From IMG/VR virus record IMGVR_UViG_3300006153_000006: a stretch of DNA of 64,000 bases. One strand, 5' to 3'. This document shows positions 38,600 through 46,995 of this stretch, piece by piece (positions within the stretch are counted from its first letter, which is position 1; every line of letters starts with the position of its first letter). The DNA comes from a virus (taxonomy: Duplodnaviria; Heunggongvirae; Uroviricota; Caudoviricetes). The notes below the pieces were generated by a model, which made no database searches, had not been told where the DNA came from, and saw only the letters and a list, made by a program, of their open reading frames with translations. The translations under genes and the position numbers were made by a program.

Positions 38600-39058
38600 C
38601 TACTTACGGTACAATGTGAGATGGCAGTCGGAGAATATATTAACAAGCACATCAACGACTGCGCCCCAATCTCCGCCGCCAAGACCACATCCGATGCGAT
38701 ACGGCATGGCTATTGTCTCCCCTGGCTTAACCCTGTTTTTCAGGGTGTAAAAGCACTTCTTTAGTGCTTCTATATCTGTATGCACTGCGCCATCGCGGCC
38801 ATAGGAGAATTGCCCGAACATATTGACGACCTTTGTTTTGTCTGTCACTTTTACAAACTGTATTTTACCGAGGAGTTCCTCTCTGCCGTGTTCTTTGGAA
38901 TACTTCTCAACGGCGTTGTGATAGCTTTGGTAAACGCATGGCCATTTCGTGCGGATCTGTTTCGCCACGCCGCTTCCCATAACGCCCATGCAGTTCACCT
39001 GGTGGCAGATATATTCGGCGGTAGCGTTCAGAAGGTCGCCGTCAACAATACGGATCAT
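38600..39058 (-). CDS. Macro-domain (ADP-ribose-binding/processing) protein
   Basis: IVDGDLLNA ... HQVNCMGVMGSGVA ... GCGLGGGDW macro-domain motifs. Confidence 0.75.
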   Translation of the reverse strand: MIRIVDGDLLNATAEYICHQVNCMGVMGSGVAKQIRTKWPCVYQSYHNAVEKYSKEHGREELLGKIQFVKVTDKTKVVNMFGQFSYGRDGAVHTDIEALKKCFYTLKNRVKPGETIAMPYRIGCGLGGGDWGAVVDVLVNIFSDCHLTLYRK

Positions 39059-39477
39059 GCTTCGTCACCATCAACCCTGATCGGCTGTACCAAAACACGG
39101 GGATAGTAGACCCGATTGACCATACGGGCTTCGGCCCGTCTTGTTTTTCCGAGGACTTCGTTGAGCTGTCGATAGAAATCGACCCCCAGCTTGGAGCCCA
39201 TAAGCTCGGCGAGAGGATCCAAAAGCTCCACGGTATCCTTGTTCTCTCTTCGCTTTTTGCGGCAGTGCATCAGCTGCGTCGCCACCTTTGCCCTCTCGCT
39301 GTAATCGAGGTTCTCAAGCTCGATCCTGTGCAGGAGGTCTTGCTGAAGCCCATCCATTTGGTGAACTTCCTCATAGCACCGCTCTCTGTCGCGCACCGCG
39401 TCGTTCAAAACCTTGATAAATTCAGACAGGCAGGTGGACAGCTCCGGTGTCTCTTTTCGTTTCGACATCTTGTTCAC
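39055..39477 (-). CDS. Hypothetical protein
   Basis: ORF only. Confidence 0.25.
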   Translation of the reverse strand: MNKMSKRKETPELSTCLSEFIKVLNDAVRDRERCYEEVHQMDGLQQDLLHRIELENLDYSERAKVATQLMHCRKKRRENKDTVELLDPLAELMGSKLGVDFYRQLNEVLGKTRRAEARMVNRVYYPRVLVQPIRVDGDEA

Positions 39478-39785
39478 CTCCCACCTATTAAGTCTAAGAA
39501 TTTTGAATCGTCTTCCGGGTCAAAGGACAATTCTTCCACAATGCTTTCTACCATTGACGCCGGCCATACCCAGCTTTTATCAACTTGAGCAGGTGCCTCT
39601 CCAACATCTTCTGCTATCGTGAAATATCCTCTGTTTGGATATACGCCCAATACCGTCACAACTTGCCCAAAGTATTTTTCCATCTTCGGATGGCAATGCA
39701 AACCGCTTTCAATGCACCGCCATGTCTTGTAAAATTGTACCAACATACCAGGTTGAAGTTCGCTGATTTCGATCAGACCCTCCAT
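39474..39785 (-). CDS. Hypothetical protein
   Basis: ORF only. Confidence 0.25.
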   Translation of the reverse strand: MEGLIEISELQPGMLVQFYKTWRCIESGLHCHPKMEKYFGQVVTVLGVYPNRGYFTIAEDVGEAPAQVDKSWVWPASMVESIVEELSFDPEDDSKFLDLIGGR

Positions 39786-39958
39786 ACGTTCACCACCTAT
39801 CCAAACCTGTGTTCACCATAACCCATGTTGTCAGCAAGGTCAGGTGGCGTAGCGATATCTATCACCGCTGCCACGGCCTCCTCCGCCATAATACATAAAA
39901 ATGCAGATCACAATCACAACGCCAAGCAAAACAAAAACGGAAAACTGCCCCATAATAC

Positions 39959-40744
39959 TTATCCCTCGTTGTATGGGAGCTTGGGAGAGATCAGCTCGCG
40001 GTTTTGGAGGAGGCGGAACGATGGCATAGGCTCCAGTTTATGTCTGTTCCTTGCGTGCAAATCATCAATGCGCCTTTTGGTCGCAACGTCAGCACACTCA
40101 CCGGTGGCAATATAGTTGTCCAAAACGGCGTAAGTGAATCCAAGATTATCCTCGTCAGATTTTCCACACAATCCATCTGACGGAATCTTGCTCACAAGCT
40201 CGTTGGGGAGACCGAGCTCCTGCCCGATCTGCAAAACCTCATTCACCAGAAGGTTGGAAAGCGGGCTGAAATCGCCTGCGCTGTCGCCGAATTTTGTGGA
40301 ATACCCGACATAATCCTCTGAAAGATTGCAAGTATTTGCCACACGCCCGCCGTTCGGGAGCGACTGAGCAACCGCATAGAGGATCGACATACGGATACGG
40401 GCCGGCAGGTTGACGATGGCCTGCTCGTTTGGCTCGCATCCGACCCGTGACAGCCTGTCATGTATAGCTTCAACCGCATCGCCGATATTTACTGTAATAC
40501 TGCGAATACCAAGCATCTCCACCAGCTTTATGCTGTCGTTTATGTCAGCCTGATAGCAGTTCGGCATCAAAACACCGAAGACCCTATCCTTTCCAAGGGC
40601 CTCGACACATAGGGCGGCGACCACACTGGAGTCCTTCCCTCCGGAGATACCCACCACGGCGGAACACTCTGGCCCGTTCTTTACAAAATAATTGCGAATC
40701 CAGTTGATAATGTCGTGTATTGTTTCATTTGGATTTTTCAACAT
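39959..40744 (-). CDS. nadE: NH3-dependent NAD+ synthetase
   Basis: VVGISGGKDSSVVAAL PP-loop and NadE-like length and pattern. Confidence 0.8.
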   Translation of the reverse strand: MLKNPNETIHDIINWIRNYFVKNGPECSAVVGISGGKDSSVVAALCVEALGKDRVFGVLMPNCYQADINDSIKLVEMLGIRSITVNIGDAVEAIHDRLSRVGCEPNEQAIVNLPARIRMSILYAVAQSLPNGGRVANTCNLSEDYVGYSTKFGDSAGDFSPLSNLLVNEVLQIGQELGLPNELVSKIPSDGLCGKSDEDNLGFTYAVLDNYIATGECADVATKRRIDDLHARNRHKLEPMPSFRLLQNRELISPKLPYNEG

Positions 40745-40773
40745 ACTGTTCACCGTCCTATTCTTATTTGGAT

Positions 40774-40808
40774 ATAAAAAAAACCACCGAGAGCCAAGGC
40801 CTCGGTGG
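40774..40808 (-). terminator. Rho-independent terminator
   Basis: CCACCGAGGCC ... GGCTCTCGGTGG hairpin followed by U8 on the minus strand. Confidence 0.5.
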
Positions 40809-40820
40809 TAGTCTATTCGG

Positions 40821-41312
40821 TCATTCACTCCTGAGCGGAACAAGGATCTTTCTAAACCCAAGCGTTACCCTTGTTTTATGGTTAAGCAGCGGATAAATCT
40901 CAACATCGTCTGCATACTGGGAAGCTCGCAGGAACCACTGCTTGTGGCAAAAATCAATATCGGCGGCTTCCATTTCTATAAACCCAATATCCGGAGCAAG
41001 ATCATCTCTTTTGCAAACAAAATTCAGGCTTTCTTCCTCGACTCTGATCCCGTTCTTCACAATGGCAGATGCAATGCTGATACGCCTTACAGCTTCTGGG
41101 TTGAGAATATACACCTCATTCCTCGGCAAGGACTTCATCTGTTCAATCAGCGCATCGACTTCAGCAAAGTCCTCGTCGTCAAACTCTTCCTTATCGTATT
41201 CAAAATCCTGCAAACTTGTCACCTCTTTCCGTTGTTCTGCTCCCTGATTATAGCATTGTTGATGGAAAAATGAAAGATTAAAATTCCCCGTTGTAAAGAT
41301 TGGCGCGGACAT
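40821..41312 (-). CDS. Hypothetical protein (start uncertain)
   Basis: ORF overlaps the upstream gene end; an internal start is likely. Confidence 0.25.
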   Translation of the reverse strand: MSAPIFTTGNFNLSFFHQQCYNQGAEQRKEVTSLQDFEYDKEEFDDEDFAEVDALIEQMKSLPRNEVYILNPEAVRRISIASAIVKNGIRVEEESLNFVCKRDDLAPDIGFIEMEAADIDFCHKQWFLRASQYADDVEIYPLLNHKTRVTLGFRKILVPLRSE

Positions 41313-42783
41313 TTTTCAGCGAGTAGAGCTTGGTAAAGTTTCCATCTTTGAACACCGTGATGAGTTCGTTCCCGCTCTGTGCCTGCTGCCATGTAAGGCC
41401 GTCCTCGTAGGCGTAGCCCGTATCCGTCTTGAACACCCGGCAACAGCCGCGCTGCGACTTCTTGAAGTGCCCGGAGTCTGTCTTGGGGTTCTTGAAGATC
41501 ATGATGGGCTTACCATCTTTATCTTCCGCATAGGTCGCCTTGACGGCGATACCAAAGGTGTCGCGGGTATAGGGGCGATAAGTCGGGCGGATCTTACCGG
41601 TGTCCCAGTCCTCCTCAAAGTCCTCCAGACACTCCATGGAGAAAGAACCCACGCCAAGAGCGACATTGCTGACGGCGAACCCGTTGTTTTCCAGAATCTG
41701 ATAGATACGCTGGCAGCGCTGAGGCGTAATACTGTCGCCGTAGAGAGCCTTGACGTGGGGGTTCAGCACCTTAAATCCCTTGGCATTTACACTGCCGCCA
41801 AAGATGTCCCACAGCTTGAACACGGTTTTGGTGACCACATCCACCGGGTCACCGCTGTCTCCACGGATCGAAATACAGCCTTCGTGGGCCAGGATCTCGT
41901 CTTTGAGCTGTGGAAGAATATTCTCCACCAGGTTCCAGTAATCATAGCTGTCACTGACCACCGAGAAGCTCTTGTGCGGGTAGATCTCCGTCAACAAGCG
42001 GCGCATGTGCGTCACCTCATCGCTGTCAATGGCGAAGTTGGAACACATCACGCTGTGCTCCGTGGACAAGGCGCCGTACGCCACAGGCTCTTCATCGGCG
42101 CGGCACGCATAGTTCTTTTCCAGCCAGAGAATGGCCGGAACAGTCGCCGTGTTCAGGAAACTCAGGCAGAAGGCCGCCGAGCTCTTTGTGGCGCTTTCTA
42201 CGCTCTCCTGTCCGCGCATAGAAAAATCGCCAAGGAGCCTCGCCGGAACAACATCGTCATCACAAGTGCGCTTCGCATACTCGTTGACGATCTTCCGATA
42301 GCGATAGCCAACCTCGGCGGATACCTGTGTGTGCCACATGGAGCAAGAAAGCATCGTTTCAATGCTGTTCACCAACCACACGAAGTCAGGATGTGTGTTG
42401 GATATCTCGATTTGCGGAACATGAATGTCCGTCCGTACGCCCTCCGGGACAGCCCGGATCTCCAACGGCAAATAGCCCAGATCGTGCAGGCCTTTCAGTC
42501 TGTCGTGGCCAACACCGTCTGTTCCGATGGTAGCTCCGAGAACCCTCGTGTACTCATCCCAGACCTGATCGAACGGAACGCCAAAGAAATACTCGTTAAA
42601 CGCTTCAATGAGGTACTCATTGATAAAAGCCTGAAGACCAAACAGCGTGACCTTATCGACATCTTCAAGCCTCGACATTCTCGGCGTATAATAGGAGGCC
42701 ATCTTGGTCAGGCCGACTGGGTATTGCTCGGCATGTGCTGTCTTATAAAAGTCCAAGCAAAGCAACGGATTGTAACGGATCAT
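41278..42783 (-). CDS. Nicotinamide phosphoribosyltransferase-family enzyme (NadV/Namat-like)
   Basis: LDFYKTAHAEQYP, LPLEIRAVPEG, VVSDSYD and IRGDSGDPVD correspond closely to NAMPT signature segments. Confidence 0.85.
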   Translation of the reverse strand: MIRYNPLLCLDFYKTAHAEQYPVGLTKMASYYTPRMSRLEDVDKVTLFGLQAFINEYLIEAFNEYFFGVPFDQVWDEYTRVLGATIGTDGVGHDRLKGLHDLGYLPLEIRAVPEGVRTDIHVPQIEISNTHPDFVWLVNSIETMLSCSMWHTQVSAEVGYRYRKIVNEYAKRTCDDDVVPARLLGDFSMRGQESVESATKSSAAFCLSFLNTATVPAILWLEKNYACRADEEPVAYGALSTEHSVMCSNFAIDSDEVTHMRRLLTEIYPHKSFSVVSDSYDYWNLVENILPQLKDEILAHEGCISIRGDSGDPVDVVTKTVFKLWDIFGGSVNAKGFKVLNPHVKALYGDSITPQRCQRIYQILENNGFAVSNVALGVGSFSMECLEDFEEDWDTGKIRPTYRPYTRDTFGIAVKATYAEDKDGKPIMIFKNPKTDSGHFKKSQRGCCRVFKTDTGYAYEDGLTWQQAQSGNELITVFKDGNFTKLYSLKNVRANLYNGEF

Positions 42784-42784
42784 A

Positions 42785-42985
42785 TTAAAGCCTCCCATTC
42801 AACTTCTTTGCGAGATAAACAGCGAACGCAAACGGGGAAAGAGCGGGCCATAAAACGCCGACAAAAATGTAATCACCTACATCCACATACTCCGGGTACG
42901 TCCGGTTTTTCAGGTTCAAATAGTACAGCGTGAATGTGATAACAGCGCCTATGACAACATACAGGAAGACATACAGCAATATCAT
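42785..42985 (-). CDS. Small membrane protein
   Basis: 66 aa with two hydrophobic helices. Confidence 0.3.
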   Translation of the reverse strand: MILLYVFLYVVIGAVITFTLYYLNLKNRTYPEYVDVGDYIFVGVLWPALSPFAFAVYLAKKLNGRL

Positions 42986-42988
42986 ATA

Positions 42989-43804
42989 TTAACACCGATC
43001 CTTTCCGAGGACGATTATTTTCTCGTGATTGCCCCGATAAATACTATCGGTTGTGAAGACCTTTTCAATTAAACCGGACTCTATAATCTCACCATCGAAA
43101 ATTGTATTCTCGCAGTGGGTCACATAGAGGTAAACCTCCCCGGCCCCCGCTTCCTTGAGAGCATTCGCGGTGTGCATAAACGTTCCGCCACGAGAGCAGA
43201 TGTCGTCCACAATCAAAACAGTTTTCCCGTTCACGATCTCGGCATTGGTCAAGGATAAGCCCTGTATCTTACCAGTCCTCCAATCCCGATGCTTGATACC
43301 AAACACATAGGGGCGGCCCTGAAGCTGCTCGGAATACTTCTTTGTCGCACCTTCATCCGGATAGCAAAGTACAGTTTCATGATCGCCAATCCATGAGAGC
43401 ACGCGAATCACGTTGTCCATAACGCCCCGCACCTCGACCCTGTCAATGAGCGCCGTTGCGACATTGGAGTGCGGGTCTGTCACAATGACCTTGTCAAAGC
43501 CAAGCGTATTGATGAACTCTGCAAACCATTTGAGTGTGAAAATTTCATCCTCATTTTTCACGCGATCCATTCTTGCGTTGGGGATATACGGAAGCTCAAG
43601 AGAAATCCCGATATGGGGGATGCGGCTCCGAATATGATGAACGATGTGCCACAGAACCATACACTCATGATCTCCATCGTATTTCCACAGAATGGAAACT
43701 CCATCCTGACTACGTAGCTCTATGTGGGCGGTGCTTACACGAGCAGACAGCGTATAGTCCGGAAAATGCTTCTGTTCAACGTTCTGGCCGTCAATATAAA
43801 TCAT
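42989..43804 (-). CDS. Ribose-phosphate pyrophosphokinase-like enzyme (Prs/Adps-like)
   Basis: PRPP-binding loop VLIVDDICSRGGT and an N-terminal Prs-like half; shorter than cellular Prs (271 aa). Confidence 0.8.
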   Translation of the reverse strand: MIYIDGQNVEQKHFPDYTLSARVSTAHIELRSQDGVSILWKYDGDHECMVLWHIVHHIRSRIPHIGISLELPYIPNARMDRVKNEDEIFTLKWFAEFINTLGFDKVIVTDPHSNVATALIDRVEVRGVMDNVIRVLSWIGDHETVLCYPDEGATKKYSEQLQGRPYVFGIKHRDWRTGKIQGLSLTNAEIVNGKTVLIVDDICSRGGTFMHTANALKEAGAGEVYLYVTHCENTIFDGEIIESGLIEKVFTTDSIYRGNHEKIIVLGKDRC

Positions 43805-44165
43805 GCTACCCCTCCTATCCCAAACAGGTCAAACATTTCACTGTCGCTGGAACATTCTATTTCGGATGTATCCCCAAGGTAAATGACCCTTTTATATTCG
43901 TCATATTGCCGTCCATCGTAGTCAGACTTGTAGCCTCTTTTCATCAGAACGGAGCTACCAGATGTATAGAGACGAACACAGTCCATATCCCCCATGCTAT
44001 CTTCGCTCGCCGATGCTCCTGTCACCCATCGAACGCCGAGCAAATCTATATGCCGAAGAAACTCTGGCCTCAGCTGTTTCTCTGGAACCCAAACAATCAC
44101 ACTGACACAGTCTCCTTGCACCATGCTGTCAGAAAATTCTTCCTCCCACATAGAGCGACCCCCAA
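43801..44165 (-). CDS. Hypothetical protein
   Basis: ORF; the longer annotated start overlaps the downstream gene. Confidence 0.25.
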
Positions 44166-44717
44166 TCATTCGTTTTCGATACTGATCTGGCACATCTTCA
44201 TGGCGGCAAGAGCGTTCCGATGGCTCTCCGGCGTCACGCCTGCACAGCATGAGGCATCAACCGAGATCGGAATTTCCGGAAAGAATGCCTTGATGAGTAA
44301 AGCGTTGGAGATAACGCAGATATCCGTACACAGACCGACCAGCGTAATGGAATCAATGCCATTCTCATCGCTGATTGCATTCAAAATGTCTGGGAGATCC
44401 CGACTGCCAAACGTTTCCTTATATAAAGTAACCGAGCGCTGGATATGGCTATCATCTTTTTGGGCAGCGACTGCATCAGCCACCTCTTCCCGAAGCTTCC
44501 ACCCGTCCGTTCCGTAAATGCAGTGCGGAACCGGAAGATTTTTCCCTTCGAGAGTGTTGAGATAACCTTCTTCGTGGGTATCCATCGTGCAGATGATACC
44601 GCCGTCCCATCCCTGGATCTTGGAAACCGCATTGTCAACGATCTCCTGCGCTTCTTTGGTGCCAAGAGAACCGTCGATAAAGTCGTTCTGCATATCTACT
44701 ACCACAAGGATCTTCAT
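44166..44717 (-). CDS. Isochorismatase-family hydrolase (nicotinamidase PncA-like)
   Basis: MKILVVVDMQNDF start, catalytic Cys context (LVGLCTDICV), 183 aa. Confidence 0.75.
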   Translation of the reverse strand: MKILVVVDMQNDFIDGSLGTKEAQEIVDNAVSKIQGWDGGIICTMDTHEEGYLNTLEGKNLPVPHCIYGTDGWKLREEVADAVAAQKDDSHIQRSVTLYKETFGSRDLPDILNAISDENGIDSITLVGLCTDICVISNALLIKAFFPEIPISVDASCCAGVTPESHRNALAAMKMCQISIENE

Positions 44718-44968
44718 TTCTTTTGTCCTCCGTTATTTTGCTTTTTTCAATGTTGTCTGTATGCGGTGGCCTTGTCTTGGGTCGAGGCCAAGCATATACC
44801 GGAAGTGCCACCTCGTGCGTCTGGCTTGACTAAAATATGCCCTGCATATTTTAGTTCAAGGCACTCGCACGAGGTGCAGCACCCCACTTGATACTTCTAC
44901 CATCGGTAAGAAGCTGTCGCCGTATGTATCAGGAACAATCAGCAACAAATCTACACAACATCGGGGGC
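44718..44968 (-). repeat. Structured intergenic element (a), divergent member of the family around the RT gene
   Basis: Shares the hairpin motif CTTCT(T)ACCATCGGT(A/G)AGAAG and the flanking TACTTCT with elements at 46697, 48184 and 49441; also contains a roughly 36-bp near-perfect hairpin at 44775-44850. Confidence 0.4.
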
Positions 44969-45466
44969 TTAACCCGCTTTACACAGGTTTACAAAACCCT
45001 CATTCATTTCCCGGGCATTATCTTTTATCTGAGCCATTCGCTGTGCCGTCTGCTCAAAGCAGGCCTTTGCCACATCGTCCATGGAAACGTCGTCTTCAAT
45101 TTCAAAGTCATCGTCGTCCTCGTAGTCTTCTTCGATGTCCTCATCCTCTTCGTCATCGTCCCATACTCCCTCGCTGTCTGCCCAATCAAGAACATCGTTC
45201 TTATAATCCTCAAAATCATTGTCCACGCCATCGTAATCAAAGCTGCTGTGGCGGATATAAAAGTCATATCCTGTTGGGATACTACCGAGCCAATCGCGAA
45301 TATCTCTCCAGGAATCATACCCAACGGCGTCACGTATGTCTTCGTCTATCATACCGTCACGTTCATCGTCATCGTAGATATCTTCGCACACATCGCACCC
45401 GTTCTCGTTGCAAAAGCTAACCAGGTCATAGAAATCATTGACGGTGTCGATAAATTCACGTCTTGT
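44969..45466 (-). CDS. Highly acidic protein (possible DNA-mimic/anti-restriction-like)
   Basis: About 166 aa dominated by D/E runs; RBS GAGGAGG before the internal Met. Confidence 0.35.
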   Translation of the reverse strand, partial: TRREFIDTVNDFYDLVSFCNENGCDVCEDIYDDDERDGMIDEDIRDAVGYDSWRDIRDWLGSIPTGYDFYIRHSSFDYDGVDNDFEDYKNDVLDWADSEGVWDDDEEDEDIEEDYEDDDDFEIEDDVSMDDVAKACFEQTAQRMAQIKDNAREMNEGFVNLCKAG

Positions 45467-45667
45467 CATTTCTGACGCCTCCTCAAAAATAATATAATAT
45501 GGTTCCATATGCCGCTTTTGATGATCCTTACTCAGGATATCCGCCGGACAGTGCCGGAGTTGAACTGGCTTCACCAAAAGCATCAATCATCTAATGCTTA
45601 CCACCCAGGCGGAGCGACAAATGGCAATGCGAAGAAAGGAGATGTAGGACGGAGCCGTATCCGTCCT

Positions 45668-45742
45668 TGGAGCTGGTAGTAGGACTCGAACCCACGACAC
45701 TCGACTTACAAAACCGATGTTCTACCACTGAACTATACCAGC
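45668..45742 (-). tRNA. tRNA-Thr (anticodon UGU), CCA encoded
   Basis: Cloverleaf: GCTGGTA acceptor, GTTC/GAAC D-stem, anticodon loop TTTGTAA, T-loop TTCGAGT, 3' CCA. A perfect 8-bp hairpin follows. Confidence 0.75.
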
Positions 45743-45879
45743 GTAAATGGTGCCACGACACATCATGACACCAAGCTCTACGTCCGCAAAACACCGTGTG
45801 CACCCGGCTGGTTTCTCCTCCTTTGGCCCTCGGAGATCAACCCAAGTACCTGTCGGAAAAAGCATAACCAATAGAGCAA

Positions 45880-45955
45880 TGGAGCTGGAGACGGGACTTG
45901 AACCTGTGACAAGACGCTTACGAAGCGCCCGCTCTACCGACTGAGCTACTCCAGC
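45880..45955 (-). tRNA. tRNA-Thr (anticodon CGU), CCA encoded
   Basis: GCTGGAG acceptor, GCTC/GAGC D-stem, anticodon loop TTCGTAA, T-loop TTCAAGT. Confidence 0.75.
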
Positions 45956-45998
45956 AAGGATAGCCAGTCTTTCCCGGCTGCCAGGCATAGCCTGCTTG

Positions 45999-46679
45999 TT
46001 AAAGCAGAGGAACCACCTTATTGTACAAAGCAACAAACTGCTCGTTTATTTGCCTATCAATATGATAATGACCAAAAAACCATCGCTTGAATGTAAGATC
46101 TTGCCTGACTCTTTCGTGAAAGCTCACGATCGGGTCGTTTTCGTACCATTCCGCGATAAACTGTTGTACACTTCTTGGCGCACAATGTGTAATGACATAG
46201 TCTACTTCCCAGTTGACGGCTTCGAGAGCTTGCACGGCGCGTTCCATCTCGTCATTGGACGGGATCTCCTGCGGCCACCACGAGATATGTTCTCTCCGCT
46301 GTGCCTTATCCACAGAGCGTGCACCACCCATCACGTAGATCTTCTTCCCGCCGATCGTTAAGACCTGTCCGCGCTCCAAATGATAGATGCTTTCGGTCAC
46401 CTGACGGACATAGCCGCCGAACATGGGAATGAGTTTCAACTCGCGAAGAATATCGAAGTTCTCGTGGTTACCGTCCACAAATAACGTGGTAAAGGGCTTG
46501 TTTGCCAGCCAATCCTGCCAGTACATTTCCCTTGCGGAACCATACCAGACCAGGCCGAAGTCGCCAGCGATTATTACATAGTCGCTTTTGCTCAACTCTT
46601 TCTGCTGTGGAAAATTCCTCGTATTCAGCTTGGAGATATCATAATCGGCGTGCGTATCGCCAGTTACATAGACCATACC
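45999..46679 (-). CDS. Calcineurin-like metallophosphoesterase
   Basis: VYVTGDTHADYD, GDFG, DGNHE and FGHYH motifs; the annotated 90-aa N-terminal extension is probably not translated. Confidence 0.7.
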   Translation of the reverse strand, partial: GMVYVTGDTHADYDISKLNTRNFPQQKELSKSDYVIIAGDFGLVWYGSAREMYWQDWLANKPFTTLFVDGNHENFDILRELKLIPMFGGYVRQVTESIYHLERGQVLTIGGKKIYVMGGARSVDKAQRREHISWWPQEIPSNDEMERAVQALEAVNWEVDYVITHCAPRSVQQFIAEWYENDPIVSFHERVRQDLTFKRWFFGHYHIDRQINEQFVALYNKVVPLL

Positions 46680-46696
46680 TTTTACTCCTTCAAAAA

Positions 46697-46986
46697 AATG
46701 TGATCTCATAGAGAATAATAGACATCTGGAGACGGAGTCTACGGCGTCTTGGATGTGTGGGAGCCGAGTCATGTCGGCGAACTGGTGTGCCATCCTGTTC
46801 TGATTTTGGTGCGAGATGTCTCGATTCTGGGGGTTTGCTGCGATCGGCATCGCGTATTTCCGTCGCCAATGACTCAGCGTTCGAGCTGGCGTGTTTGCGC
46901 AGCCTCCTGCTGCCCCGTCTTTCATCCAGCTATTTGTTACTTCTACCATCGGTGAGAAGCACCGCGAACGGTTATACATCACATTT
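46697..46986 (-). ncRNA. Structured intergenic element (b) with 9-bp terminal inverted repeats
   Basis: AAATGTGAT ... ATCACATTT termini. The 3' 55 bp is near-identical to element (d), and the central hairpin motif is shared with (a) and (c). Confidence 0.45.
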
Positions 46987-46995
46987 GTTTTGTAA

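Noticed and set aside
42989-43804. Calling the Prs-like gene a housekeeping PRPP synthetase acquired for nucleotide synthesis
   Set aside because: It is possible, but its direct adjacency to the NAMPT-family gene and its shortened length fit the Adps/Namat arrangement better. It is left as Prs/Adps-like pending alignment.
45591-46036. ORFs translating across tRNA genes (45591-45803, 45722-46036, 55081-55443, 55994-56176, 56045-56281, 60192-60494, 60750-61253, 59173-59472)
   Set aside because: Their peptides contain the stereotyped tRNA-derived strings (YSSVVEH, AQSVERALRKR, GSSPV, IEPPSK) and they coincide with cloverleaf-forming tRNA or tmRNA sequences.
46680-46982. The 90-aa N-terminal extension of the metallophosphoesterase ORF (annotated start at 46982)
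   Set aside because: The extension runs through repeat element (b) with its inverted repeats and has an Arg/Ser-rich low-complexity translation. The conserved MVYVTGDTHAD start at about 46679 is the real N-terminus.
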